In this document: positions 26,504-35,359 of the stretch, piece after piece | Layout of the letters: each line of letters starts with the position of its first letter | Position numbering within the stretch: the stretch's first letter is position 1 | Source of the DNA: Gemmatimonadota bacterium | Lineage (GTDB): Bacteria; Gemmatimonadota; Gemmatimonadetes; Gemmatimonadales; Gemmatimonadaceae | Direction of reading: 5' to 3' | NCBI GenBank assembly: GCA_034716715.1 | Contig: JAYEKC010000026.1 | Span: 5,279-69,278 of the forward strand | DNA: 64,000 nucleotides | Notes under the pieces: model-generated | Seen by the model: the letters and a program-made list of their open reading frames with translations, nothing else | Told to the model about the DNA's origin: nothing | Database searches by the model: none | Translations under genes and position numbers: made by a program

Positions 26504-27159
26504 GGCTTGCCTCGCGTTTCGTGGCTCGCGCCCATCGCCGCTTTGCCGAGCATGATGCGATCGTAGGCGGACGGCCCGCGACCCCTGTGCACGCGGGCAA
26601 GAACGAGCGCGGTCGTGGTCCCGATCGCGATCGCTGCCACCACGTCGGTCAGCCAGTGCTGGTCGGCGAACATCCTTGCCCACGCCACGAGTACCGCGCT
26701 CGCCACGAGCGGGGCGGCCAGCGCGAGCCGCATGGGCCGCGGCCAGTCCGTCATGGCGAATAGCGCGCCCAGCACGAACGCGGTGGTCGCCGTCGTGTGG
26801 CCGGATGGCATAGAGAAGAAGCGTGCGTCGGTCCATCCGTGGTTGAACTCCCAGTGCCACGGCTCGCTGCCATCCACGAACGGTCGCGCACGGCCCGCGA
26901 GTCCCTTGATGATCCCGCTCACGCCGCTGGCGACGGCCAGCGCTTCGGCTCCCCGGAGCCCCGCGCGCGCCAGGCGGCCGCGCGCCATCGCGCGACCGCC
27001 AAGCCACAGCGCCGCCGCGAACCAGATGACGCCGGGCCCGCCCCACCAGTTTGCTGCCTCCGCAGTGCCCCGCAGCGCGGGCGAGGCCAGCGCGGTCGAG
27101 TCGCGGACCGCGGCGCGGGCCGCGAGGTCGGCGCGCCAGACGATGTTGCCCTGCAACAT
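26500..27159 (-). CDS. PAP2-family phosphatase (copy 1)
   Basis: KGLAGRARP, MPSGH and RMFADQHWLTDVV. Clearly paralogous to copy 2. The ATG at 27157-27159 is 2 nt after the D-aminoacylase stop. Confidence 0.8.
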   Translation of the reverse strand: MLQGNIVWRADLAARAAVRDSTALASPALRGTAEAANWWGGPGVIWFAAALWLGGRAMARGRLARAGLRGAEALAVASGVSGIIKGLAGRARPFVDGSEPWHWEFNHGWTDARFFSMPSGHTTATTAFVLGALFAMTDWPRPMRLALAAPLVASAVLVAWARMFADQHWLTDVVAAIAIGTTTALVLARVHRGRGPSAYDRIMLGKAAMGASHETRGKP

Positions 27160-27161
27160 CG

Positions 27162-28883
27162 TCAGTCGCGCGCGCCCGTCCAGCCGGGCCCGCGCACGAT
27201 CTGGCCGGGCTTGGCTCCCGTGTGGGCGCCCTCGGCGACCACGGGCACGCCGTTCACCAGCACGTAGCGCATCCCCACCGAGAGCTGGTGCGGTTTCTCG
27301 AACGTCGCGAGGTCCCGGACGGTCTTGTCGTCGAACACGACGATGTCGGCCTTCATCCCGGGCTTGAGCACCCCGCGATCGTGCAGCGACAGCCGCGTGG
27401 CCACGGCCGACGAGGCCTTGCGCACGGCATCCTCCAGCGGGAGCACGCGCTCCTCGCGCACGTACTTGCCGAGCAGCCGGGTGTAGTTGCCGTACGCGCG
27501 CGGGTGTGTCATCGACGTCGCCGTTGCCGGATCCTGCGCCCCGGCGTCCGTGCCGAACTTCATCCACGGTTGCCGGAGTTGCAGCGCGACGTTCTCCTCG
27601 CTCATCAGGAACAGGATTTCCCCCAGCCCGCCCTGCTCGGCGATGTTGAGGTCGATGAGTGCGTCACCCCAGTCCTTGCCCATCGCGCGCGCAATCTCGT
27701 CGAGCCGCTTGCCCTCGTATTGCTTGAACTCCGGGTGCTTGAAGCCCACCACCATGACGTTCCCCGGCCCCGCAATCACGCACAGGTTCTCGTAGCCCGC
27801 GTTGTCGGCCATGAGGTCGCGCTTCACCTGCGGCCGGAGCGCGGGGTTCCGGAGGTTGTCCAGGAGCTTGCCCTCCGCCGCGTACTTCGGGGCGATGCAA
27901 CTCGTGAAGCTGTTCGCCCCGGCGATGTAGAGGTACATGTCCGCCTGCACATCCTGCCCGGCCGCCCGCGCCGAGTCGATCTTGGCGATGGCTTGCGGCA
28001 TCTTCGGCCAGTTGCGCGGCCCCGACGCCTTCAGGTGGTAGATCTCGACCGGAACGCCGCCGTCGCGCCCGATGCGGATGGCCTCGTCCATCGCCTCGAG
28101 GAACTGGTCGCCCTCGGAGCGCATGTGGGTGATGTACAGGCCGCCGTACGGCGCCATCGCCTTCGCCGCCTCGGTGAGTTCGGCGGTCCCGGCATAGTTG
28201 TTGGGCGGATAGATGAGCGCACTGGCCATGCCGAACGCGCCGTCTTCCATCGCCCGCCGGACCATCGCGCGCATTGTGTCGAGTTCCGCGGCGTCGGGCG
28301 CGCCCATCGTACGCGCCTTCGCGTACATGCGCACGGTGCCGGCGCCGACGAACGACCCGATGTTCTGCGATGCGCCCCGCGCTCCCATCATGCGCAGCCA
28401 CGCGTCGAATCCGTGCGGACCCGTGAACGCCTCGGCCTGCCGGCGCGCGGCGGTATCGCCCATGGACGCCAGCATGCGCGCGCTCACGGGCGCCGGTGTC
28501 GTGCCCTCGCCGAGGATCGCCGTGGTGATGCCCTGCGTCACCATGCTCAGCGCCCGGCCGTCGCCTTCCATGAAGTCCTCGTACGACTGCGCCTGGATGT
28601 CGATGAACCCCGGCGCCACGACCATCCCGCCGGCGTCGATCCGCCGCGTAGCCGCCGCCCTGGCGAGCATCCCTCGGGGCGCAATGCGCGCAATCCGGTC
28701 GCCCCGAATGCCCACGTCGCCCCAGAACCAGGCCGCCCCGGTGCCGTCCACCACCCGTCCATTGCCAATGACCACGTCGTACGCGGCGTCCGGCGCGGGC
28801 GCGCCGGCGCCTCCCGGCGGACGGGCGGTGGCACACCCCATCGAGACGGCGGCGGGCAGCAGCAGCGTGGCCAACTTGCGCAT
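27162..28883 (-). CDS. N-acyl-D-amino-acid deacylase (D-aminoacylase, amidohydrolase superfamily), lipoprotein
   Basis: Trimmed to ATG 28881-28883, preceded by GGAGGAAC. Lipobox AAVSMGC. YDVVIGNGRVVDGTG...GDVGIRGDRIARI...GFIDIQ and a C-terminal VLVNGVPVV...GAKPGQIVRG are typical of D-aminoacylases. Confidence 0.8.
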   Translation of the reverse strand: MRKLATLLLPAAVSMGCATARPPGGAGAPAPDAAYDVVIGNGRVVDGTGAAWFWGDVGIRGDRIARIAPRGMLARAAATRRIDAGGMVVAPGFIDIQAQSYEDFMEGDGRALSMVTQGITTAILGEGTTPAPVSARMLASMGDTAARRQAEAFTGPHGFDAWLRMMGARGASQNIGSFVGAGTVRMYAKARTMGAPDAAELDTMRAMVRRAMEDGAFGMASALIYPPNNYAGTAELTEAAKAMAPYGGLYITHMRSEGDQFLEAMDEAIRIGRDGGVPVEIYHLKASGPRNWPKMPQAIAKIDSARAAGQDVQADMYLYIAGANSFTSCIAPKYAAEGKLLDNLRNPALRPQVKRDLMADNAGYENLCVIAGPGNVMVVGFKHPEFKQYEGKRLDEIARAMGKDWGDALIDLNIAEQGGLGEILFLMSEENVALQLRQPWMKFGTDAGAQDPATATSMTHPRAYGNYTRLLGKYVREERVLPLEDAVRKASSAVATRLSLHDRGVLKPGMKADIVVFDDKTVRDLATFEKPHQLSVGMRYVLVNGVPVVAEGAHTGAKPGQIVRGPGWTGARD

Positions 28884-28931
28884 TGCCTGTTCCTCCGGCG
28901 GAATTCCTGACGTGATACGCCCCTGGATCGC

Positions 28932-29765
28932 ATGCGGAACGTAACGCTGGACGACGGCACCGTCATTCGCCCGCTTGCCACGCACGCCGAGCGCGCCGAC
29001 GCGGTGCGCCTGCAGGAGGCAACGTGGGGCGTCGGCTTCAGCGAGAAGATCCCGGCGGCCATGCTGCTCGTCGCGGACAAGACGGGAGGCGTGGCGGCGG
29101 GGGCATTCGCGCCCGATGGTACCCTGCTCGGCCTGATCTTCGGGGTCACGGGCGTGCGTGAAGGGGAACTCATCCACTGGTCCGACATCCTGGCCGTCCG
29201 GGCCGCGGCGCAGGGCCGTGGGCTGGGCGAGGCACTCAAGCGATACCAGCGCGACCGGTGCCGCCAGATCGGCGTGCAGCGGATGTTCTGGACGTTCGAC
29301 CCCTTTGTGGCACGGAACGCGCACCTCAATCTCAACGTGCTGGGCGCCCGCATTGCCGAGTTCGTCCCGGACATGTACGGCACCGAGACCAACAGCCCGG
29401 TGCATGGTTCGCTTGGCACCGACCGGTTCGTCGCCGTATGGCCGGTCCAGGTGGACCCCACGCCCCTGCCCGACAGCCCCGAGCTCCTCGCGGGCGCGCC
29501 CGTTGTCGGGGGTCCACCAGCCATCGTAGGCTCCGAAGCGGCACTCCCCGAGCACGACCGCGTGGTCGTGCGGGTACCGCACGACTACGCCGCCGTCCTT
29601 GCCGGCGACCTGGCCGTCGCCCGCGCGTGGCGCGCGTCGGCGAGACGGGCGTTCCGGCACTACCTGTCCGCCTCCTACGAGGTTTCCGCGTTCGTGCCCG
29701 GCGGCGGCTCCGATGCCACGTACCTGCTTTCCCGTACCCGAACACCACAATCCGATGCGCGTTGA
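28932..29765 (+). CDS. GNAT-type acyltransferase of the kind encoded beside N-succinylamino-acid racemases
   Basis: Acyl-CoA-binding motif AAQGRGLGEAL within a GNAT-like core. 277 aa. Overlaps the racemase start by 11 nt. Confidence 0.65.
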   Translation: MRNVTLDDGTVIRPLATHAERADAVRLQEATWGVGFSEKIPAAMLLVADKTGGVAAGAFAPDGTLLGLIFGVTGVREGELIHWSDILAVRAAAQGRGLGEALKRYQRDRCRQIGVQRMFWTFDPFVARNAHLNLNVLGARIAEFVPDMYGTETNSPVHGSLGTDRFVAVWPVQVDPTPLPDSPELLAGAPVVGGPPAIVGSEAALPEHDRVVVRVPHDYAAVLAGDLAVARAWRASARRAFRHYLSASYEVSAFVPGGGSDATYLLSRTRTPQSDAR

Positions 29766-30873
29766 CCAGATCACGCTGCGCGAAGTCCCCTTGGCGCTTC
29801 GCGAGCCGTTCCGCATCTCGAGTGGCGAAATTCACGAGCGCCGGATCCTCCTGCTGGAGTTGCGCGACGCGGATGGCGCCAGCGCGTGGAGCGAGTGCGT
29901 CGCCGGCGAGGCGCCCAACTACTCGCCAGAAACGATCGACACGGCGTGGACTGTCCTCGAGCGCTACGTGGCCCCGCGGGTGCTCGGCCTCGAGCTCGAC
30001 CACCCCGGCACCGTGCACGCGATCCTGGAGCGGGATCTCCGCGGGCACCAGATGGCGAAGGCGGCGGTCGAGATGGGCTGCTGGGGTCTCGCCGCGACGA
30101 TGGCGGGCGAACCGCTCGGCCGGTACATCGGCGGCACGCGCGCCGAAGTGGACGTTGGCATTTCGCTCGGCATCCAGGCCTCGCCGGAAGCGCTGGTCGA
30201 GCGCGCGCGCCGCGCCCTCGCGGACGGCTACCGCAAGATCAAGATCAAGATCGAGCCGGGCCACGACGTCGACTGGGTCCGCGCCGTCCGCGACGCGCTT
30301 GGGCCGGCGGCGCACCTCATGGCCGACGCCAACAACGCTTACACGCTCGACGACGCCGGTCGCCTGGCGGAGTTCGACGACCTCGGCCTCGTGATGATCG
30401 AGCAGCCGCTCGCCTGGGACGACCTGGTGCGCCACGCCGAGCTCCAGCGTAGAATCCGCACCCCGATCTGTCTCGACGAGTCCATCACCTCGCTCGAGCG
30501 CGCCCAGGACATGGTCACTCTCGGGAGCGGGCGCATCATCAACATCAAGCCGGGCCGCGTGGGCGGCTTCGCCAGTTCGCTCGCCATCCACGATTTCTGC
30601 CAACAAGCGGGGATTCCCGTGTGGTGCGGCGGCATGCTCGAGAGCGGCGTTGGTCGCGCGTACAACGTGGCGCTGGCCTCGCTCCCGAACTTCACGATCC
30701 CCGGGGACATCAGCCCGAGCGCCCGGTACTGGAAGGCCGACATCGTGCGGCCGGAGTGGACCATGGCCGACGGGCGCATGCGGGTGCCGCTCGACACGCC
30801 GGGCATCGGCGTCGCCGTGGACGAGGCGCGCGTCATCTCATCCGCGGTTCGCACCACTACACTTCAACCATGA
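29755..30873 (+). CDS. Enolase-superfamily o-succinylbenzoate synthase / N-succinylamino-acid racemase (MenC/NAAAR type)
   Basis: Trimmed to ATG 29755. Blocks YRKIKIKIEPG, MADANNAY, MIEQPL, ICLDES, INIKPGRVGG and WCGGMLESGVGRA match the OSBS/NAAAR subgroup. 372 aa. Confidence 0.85.
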   Translation: MRVDQITLREVPLALREPFRISSGEIHERRILLLELRDADGASAWSECVAGEAPNYSPETIDTAWTVLERYVAPRVLGLELDHPGTVHAILERDLRGHQMAKAAVEMGCWGLAATMAGEPLGRYIGGTRAEVDVGISLGIQASPEALVERARRALADGYRKIKIKIEPGHDVDWVRAVRDALGPAAHLMADANNAYTLDDAGRLAEFDDLGLVMIEQPLAWDDLVRHAELQRRIRTPICLDESITSLERAQDMVTLGSGRIINIKPGRVGGFASSLAIHDFCQQAGIPVWCGGMLESGVGRAYNVALASLPNFTIPGDISPSARYWKADIVRPEWTMADGRMRVPLDTPGIGVAVDEARVISSAVRTTTLQP

Positions 30874-32042
30874 TCTCGAAGCTCCCGCTGACGCCGGCCG
30901 ACCGCGATTTCCTGGTCGCCCTCCGACGCGACCTGCACCGGCACCCCGAACTGTCGTGGAAGGAGGAACGCACCGCCGCCCGCCTGGAACGGGCGCTTAA
31001 GGAGTGCGGGGCCACGGATGTGCGCCGGATCTGCGGCACCGGGATCGTCGCGCGGATTCGCGGCACCGGTGGCGGCGCCACCGTCGCCGTCCGCGGCGAC
31101 ATCGACGCCCTCCCCATCACCGAAGCCACCGGACTTCCGTTCGCATCGGAGAACGCCGGCGTGATGCACGCTTGCGGCCACGATGTCCACGCGTCGTGGG
31201 CCGTCGGGGCGGCCCTCCTGCTCGCGCGCCAGCCCGCCGAGGGCGATGCCATCATCATCCTGCAGCCGGCCGAAGAGGTGGGTGAGGGGGCGCGTGCGAT
31301 GATCAAGGAGGGCGCGATCGATGGCGCACGCGCCATTTTCGGCGCCCACGTGGACCGCCGCTTCCAGCTCGGCCAGGTGGTGGCACAGGCCGGTCCCTTG
31401 GCGGCGTCCACCGACACCTTCCGCATCGTCGTTCGCGGCCGCGGCGCCCACGGGGCGCGCCCGCACATGGCCCTCGACCCCGTGGTGGGCGCCGCCAACC
31501 TCGTGATGGCGATCCAGACGATCGTGTCGCGTCGTCTCGACCCCGGCGCCCCGGGCGTGATCAGCGTGGGAGCCGTCCGCGGCGGAACGGCTCCCAACAT
31601 CATCCCCGACGAAGTCGAGCTGGCAGGCACCATTCGCGCCACGACCGCCGAAACGAGAAGGCTCCTGACGACGGAACTGGCGCGCATGGCCAATGCGGTC
31701 GCCGCGACGCATGGATTGTCCGCCGTCGTGAGCGTCATCGACGGCACGCCGCCAATAGTGAACCCGCCGGATGGAGCGGCCTGGGCCGCAGCCGCGGTAC
31801 GGGACCTCCTGGGCGCCGAGTCGTGCGTCCCGCTTGGTCTCACCAACATGGGCGGGGAGGACTTCTCGTATTACCTGCAGGACATGCCGGGCTGCTTCAT
31901 GCGCATCGGGGCGCGCGAGCCCGATGGCGACCCGGCCGACATCCATACGGCCCGGTTCGCTCCCGCCGAGGATGCACTCCACGTTGGCGCCGCCGTGCTC
32001 GCGCAGAGCGCGCGAAACGCGTCCGCGGCGCTCGGCGGCTGA
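30870..32042 (+). CDS. M20-family amidohydrolase (N-acyl-L-amino-acid deacylase type)
   Basis: Trimmed to ATG 30870, which overlaps the racemase stop (ATGA). Blocks LHRHPELSWKEERTA, VAVRGDIDALP, MHACGHDVH and EDFSYY. Confidence 0.85.
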   Translation: MISKLPLTPADRDFLVALRRDLHRHPELSWKEERTAARLERALKECGATDVRRICGTGIVARIRGTGGGATVAVRGDIDALPITEATGLPFASENAGVMHACGHDVHASWAVGAALLLARQPAEGDAIIILQPAEEVGEGARAMIKEGAIDGARAIFGAHVDRRFQLGQVVAQAGPLAASTDTFRIVVRGRGAHGARPHMALDPVVGAANLVMAIQTIVSRRLDPGAPGVISVGAVRGGTAPNIIPDEVELAGTIRATTAETRRLLTTELARMANAVAATHGLSAVVSVIDGTPPIVNPPDGAAWAAAAVRDLLGAESCVPLGLTNMGGEDFSYYLQDMPGCFMRIGAREPDGDPADIHTARFAPAEDALHVGAAVLAQSARNASAALGG

Positions 32043-32048
32043 CCAGCG

Positions 32049-33254
32049 TCAGCGCTGCGGTATCGCCTTCACCTCGCGCGACAACGCCAGTTCCGCGAGG
32101 AACAGCTCCTCGGCCCGCGCGCCAACGTCGGCGTCGTCGATGTAGATGTCGAGCTCGAAGTTGATCGCGACGCCGAGCGGGTTGAAATCCGTCGAGCCGA
32201 CGCGGGTCCACCGGCCGTCCACCACGCTGGTCTTGGCGTGCATCATCTCGCCCTTCCATTCCCAGATGCGCACGCCGTGGCGGAGCAGCGTCCGGTAATA
32301 CCGCTTCTGGTACCGGTACACCCACGGATGGTCGTTGCGGCTGGGCAGCAGCAGGCGCACGTCCACGCCGTCACGCGCGGCGCCGGCCAGGGCGTCCGCT
32401 TCCGCGAATGACGGGATGAAGTACGCCGTCGCCAGCCAGATCGATCGTTCCGACGCCGCGCACTGCAGGTGAAACGCCCGGCCAACGCGAAAACGCCCCG
32501 GCTCCCCCTCGACCACGGCCACGAGCGCCGGCGGCGCCGTCGCCGGATCGAGGTCCGTGTTGCGGCCCGCCCGCCGCATCTTCCGCTCGGCGCGCGAGGG
32601 CCGCTGGCCGCCGGCCCGACGCCACATGTGCTCGAAGGCCCGCTGCAGGTCCGCGGCCGCCGCCCCCGCTATGCGTGCACACCGATCGCGCCACGGAAGG
32701 TGTTTCCGTCCGAGGATTCCCCTCCATTCGTCCCCTATGCCGATGCCGCCCGTGACGGCGATCGCGCCATCCGCAACCAGCAGCTTTCGATGGTCCCGCG
32801 GCACGAGGCCGAGCCATCGGCGGAAGCCGGGACGGTTGAAGACGCGCACGTGCACTCCCGACCGCCGCATGCGGTCCAGATAGCCGCCGGGCGTTCCCCG
32901 CATCCCGATCCAGTCACCAATGACCCGCACGTGGACGCCCCGCGCGGCTGCCCGCCCCAGCGCGTCGGCAAAGCGCTCTCCGGTGGAATCGCCTCGCAGG
33001 ATGTAGCTCTCCAGGTCCACCCTTTCCCTGGCCCCGTCAATCAGCGCGATCATCGCGTCGAATGTCTCATCGCCATCGGAGTACAGGGCGATCTGGTTCC
33101 CGCAGGAGACGTCCGCCGACGCGATTCGCCACAGGGCCCTGGCGTAGCCGGCCGCGCGGTCGGCCGGCGGCCCGGGCCGGGCCGATGCCAGCTGAGGAGG
33201 CGCCGCCGGCTGAGGTGGCATCGTCACCAGGTCGGATCGGGGGCGTCGGCTCAT
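32049..33254 (-). CDS. cls: Phospholipase D-family cardiolipin synthase (ClsB-like, no N-terminal TM)
   Basis: Two HKD motifs: RDHRKLLVADG and MMHAKTSVVDGRWTRVGSTDFN. Confidence 0.8.
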   Translation of the reverse strand: MSRRPRSDLVTMPPQPAAPPQLASARPGPPADRAAGYARALWRIASADVSCGNQIALYSDGDETFDAMIALIDGARERVDLESYILRGDSTGERFADALGRAAARGVHVRVIGDWIGMRGTPGGYLDRMRRSGVHVRVFNRPGFRRWLGLVPRDHRKLLVADGAIAVTGGIGIGDEWRGILGRKHLPWRDRCARIAGAAAADLQRAFEHMWRRAGGQRPSRAERKMRRAGRNTDLDPATAPPALVAVVEGEPGRFRVGRAFHLQCAASERSIWLATAYFIPSFAEADALAGAARDGVDVRLLLPSRNDHPWVYRYQKRYYRTLLRHGVRIWEWKGEMMHAKTSVVDGRWTRVGSTDFNPLGVAINFELDIYIDDADVGARAEELFLAELALSREVKAIPQR

Positions 33255-33353
33255 GACACTGGAGCATCGCCTGCTCCCGTACGCCGCGGTAGTGCGTCCT
33301 CCGGCCGGCCTCGCGGCCCTTGCATCGCCGGAAACGATCCGGACATTTCACCC

Positions 33354-34253
33354 ATGCTTTCGATCGACCTTTCCGGCAAGAGGGCCCTCGTGGCCGGCGT
33401 CGCCGACGATGCGGGGTTCGGCTTCGCCATTGCGAAGGAGCTCGCCGAGGCCGGGGCATCCGTCTGCGTCGCCACGTGGCCACCCGCCATGAACATCTTC
33501 CTCAACCTGATTGAGCGGGGGAAGATCGACGAGTCGCGCCGGCTCTCGAGTGGCAAGCTGCTCGAATTCGAGAAGATCTACCCCCTCGACGCGGCGTACG
33601 ACACGCTCGACGACGCCCCAGCGGAGGTTCGCACGGGCAAGCGATACAAGGACGTCGGAGACTTTTCGATCGCGGGCCTCGCCTCGCGGCTTGTCGCCGA
33701 CTTCGGTTCGCCGTGCCTCGACATCCTCGTGCATTCGCTGGCCAATGGCCCCGACGTGAAGAAGGCGCTCGTCGACACGAGCCGGGCCGGTTACCTGACG
33801 GCGGTCGGAGTGAGCGCCTATTCGATGGTGTCGCTGGTCCGCCATCTGGGGCCGGCCTTCCGTCCTGGCGCGTCGGCGTTGTCGCTCACCTACATGGCCA
33901 GCGAGCGGGTGGTGCCGGGGTACGGCGGCGGCATGTCGTCGGCCAAGGCGGCGCTCGAGTCGGACACGCGGACGCTCGCGTTCGAGGCCGGACGGAGGTG
34001 GGGGGTTCGCGTCAACACGATCAGCGCCGGGCCGCTCGCGTCGCGGGCCGCGAGCGCAATCGGGATCATCGAACGCATGGTGCAGTATTGCGCCGCCAAC
34101 ACGCCGATTCCGGAAGCGCTCACGGCGCGCGAAGTCGGGACGGCGGCGGCGTTTCTGGCCTCGCCGCTGTCGAGCGGCATTACGGGCGCGACGGTGTACG
34201 TGGACAAGGGTTACAACATCATGGGCATGGCCGTGGAAGGAGTGCAGGCGTGA
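33354..34253 (+). CDS. fabI: Enoyl-[acyl-carrier-protein] reductase (NADH), FabI
   Basis: Trimmed to ATG 33354. GKRALVAGVADDAGFGFAIAK, YGGGMSSAKAALE and VNTISAGPL. It is the long FabI form. Confidence 0.85.
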   Translation: MLSIDLSGKRALVAGVADDAGFGFAIAKELAEAGASVCVATWPPAMNIFLNLIERGKIDESRRLSSGKLLEFEKIYPLDAAYDTLDDAPAEVRTGKRYKDVGDFSIAGLASRLVADFGSPCLDILVHSLANGPDVKKALVDTSRAGYLTAVGVSAYSMVSLVRHLGPAFRPGASALSLTYMASERVVPGYGGGMSSAKAALESDTRTLAFEAGRRWGVRVNTISAGPLASRAASAIGIIERMVQYCAANTPIPEALTAREVGTAAAFLASPLSSGITGATVYVDKGYNIMGMAVEGVQA

Positions 34254-34840
34254 ACGGGCGTGTGACGATTTCGCGGGGCCTCGTGGCGCTCGCGTTGGGA
34301 ACGCTGGCGTTGGCGGGGTGCAAGGCGCGGGACTCGGCGGCGGCCGACCCCTCGCGCCCCGCCGTCGTGAAGGCTCCGCCGGTTGTCCTCCCGTCGGACA
34401 CCGCCAAGCCGGACACCATGCTCGACCACATCCAGCGGATGGCCGAACTGTCACGGCAGCTTGCCGAGCCGTACGCGTTGATCGCGTTTGGGGCGGTCAA
34501 TGCCGACCGGCGCTTGCTCACCTCGTACTACGGTCCGGAAGCCGTCTTCAGCCTCGGAGACTCGACGTACAAGGGCATGACCGCCGTGGTGGACGCCGTG
34601 ATCGACATGGGACGGCGGACCGGCCTGGCGGACTGGAGCCGCCAGTCATGGATCCTCACCGGGCACCCGGATTCGATCTATGTGGACTCGGGCACCTACG
34701 TCATGCAGGCCAAGCGCCCTGGTGGAACCGCCCGCGAGTCGCGTGGGACATACGTGGCGACGTGGCGGCACCTGGGGGGGCCCACTCCCTGGGTCCTGCT
34801 GCGTGATGAACTGAAGCCCGGCAGCAAGCTGCGGCGCTAG
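34250..34840 (+). CDS. Lipoprotein, possibly NTF2-like/DUF4440-like fold
   Basis: The GTG start overlaps the fabI stop (GTGA). Lipobox LALAGC. The C-terminal pattern SRGTYVATWRHLGGPTPWVLLRDEL resembles SnoaL/DUF4440 proteins, so the fold call is tentative. Confidence 0.55.
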   Translation: MNGRVTISRGLVALALGTLALAGCKARDSAAADPSRPAVVKAPPVVLPSDTAKPDTMLDHIQRMAELSRQLAEPYALIAFGAVNADRRLLTSYYGPEAVFSLGDSTYKGMTAVVDAVIDMGRRTGLADWSRQSWILTGHPDSIYVDSGTYVMQAKRPGGTARESRGTYVATWRHLGGPTPWVLLRDELKPGSKLRR

Positions 34841-35343
34841 AGCTCGCGCTCGAACATCGCCACTTCGCCCCCCGCGTATGCCCGCGTGCCCACGCGGCGG
34901 TATCCCATCGCCTCGTGGAACGCGATGGATGCCGGGTTGGGCGGGCGGACGTTCACCTCGAGCGTAATGCGGGGCCATCGCCCCGTCGCAAACCGTACGA
35001 GGTCCTCGTAGAGCGCGCGGCCGACGCCGCTTCCGCGCGCGCCGGCCGCCACGACCACGCGATCGAGGTAGAGGAACGACTCGTAGCGGGCCCCGAACCA
35101 CGCGTAGTTCTCGCTCCAGTACGGGGTGCCGTTCCGCATCGCGAGCACGAAACCCTCCGCTCGGCCCGCGCGCTGCGCCAGCCGCGCGTAGTCCGAGTGT
35201 TCGCGAATCCATGCAAACCCGTCGGCCTCCAACGCCGTGACGTGCGGCACGGCGGCGTTGTTCATCACCAGCAGTGCGGCGTCGTCCTCGGGCGCCATAT
35301 CCCGGACCTCGACGCCCGTCCCGGTGGCTTTGTGGCCGTCCAT
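34837..35343 (-). CDS. GNAT-family N-acetyltransferase
   Basis: 168 aa. LYLDRVVVAAGARGSGVGRALYEDL (motif A) followed by NPASIAFHEAMGYRRVG. Confidence 0.8.
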   Translation of the reverse strand: MDGHKATGTGVEVRDMAPEDDAALLVMNNAAVPHVTALEADGFAWIREHSDYARLAQRAGRAEGFVLAMRNGTPYWSENYAWFGARYESFLYLDRVVVAAGARGSGVGRALYEDLVRFATGRWPRITLEVNVRPPNPASIAFHEAMGYRRVGTRAYAGGEVAMFEREL

Positions 35344-35359
35344 CGCGTGGCCGGGCCGG

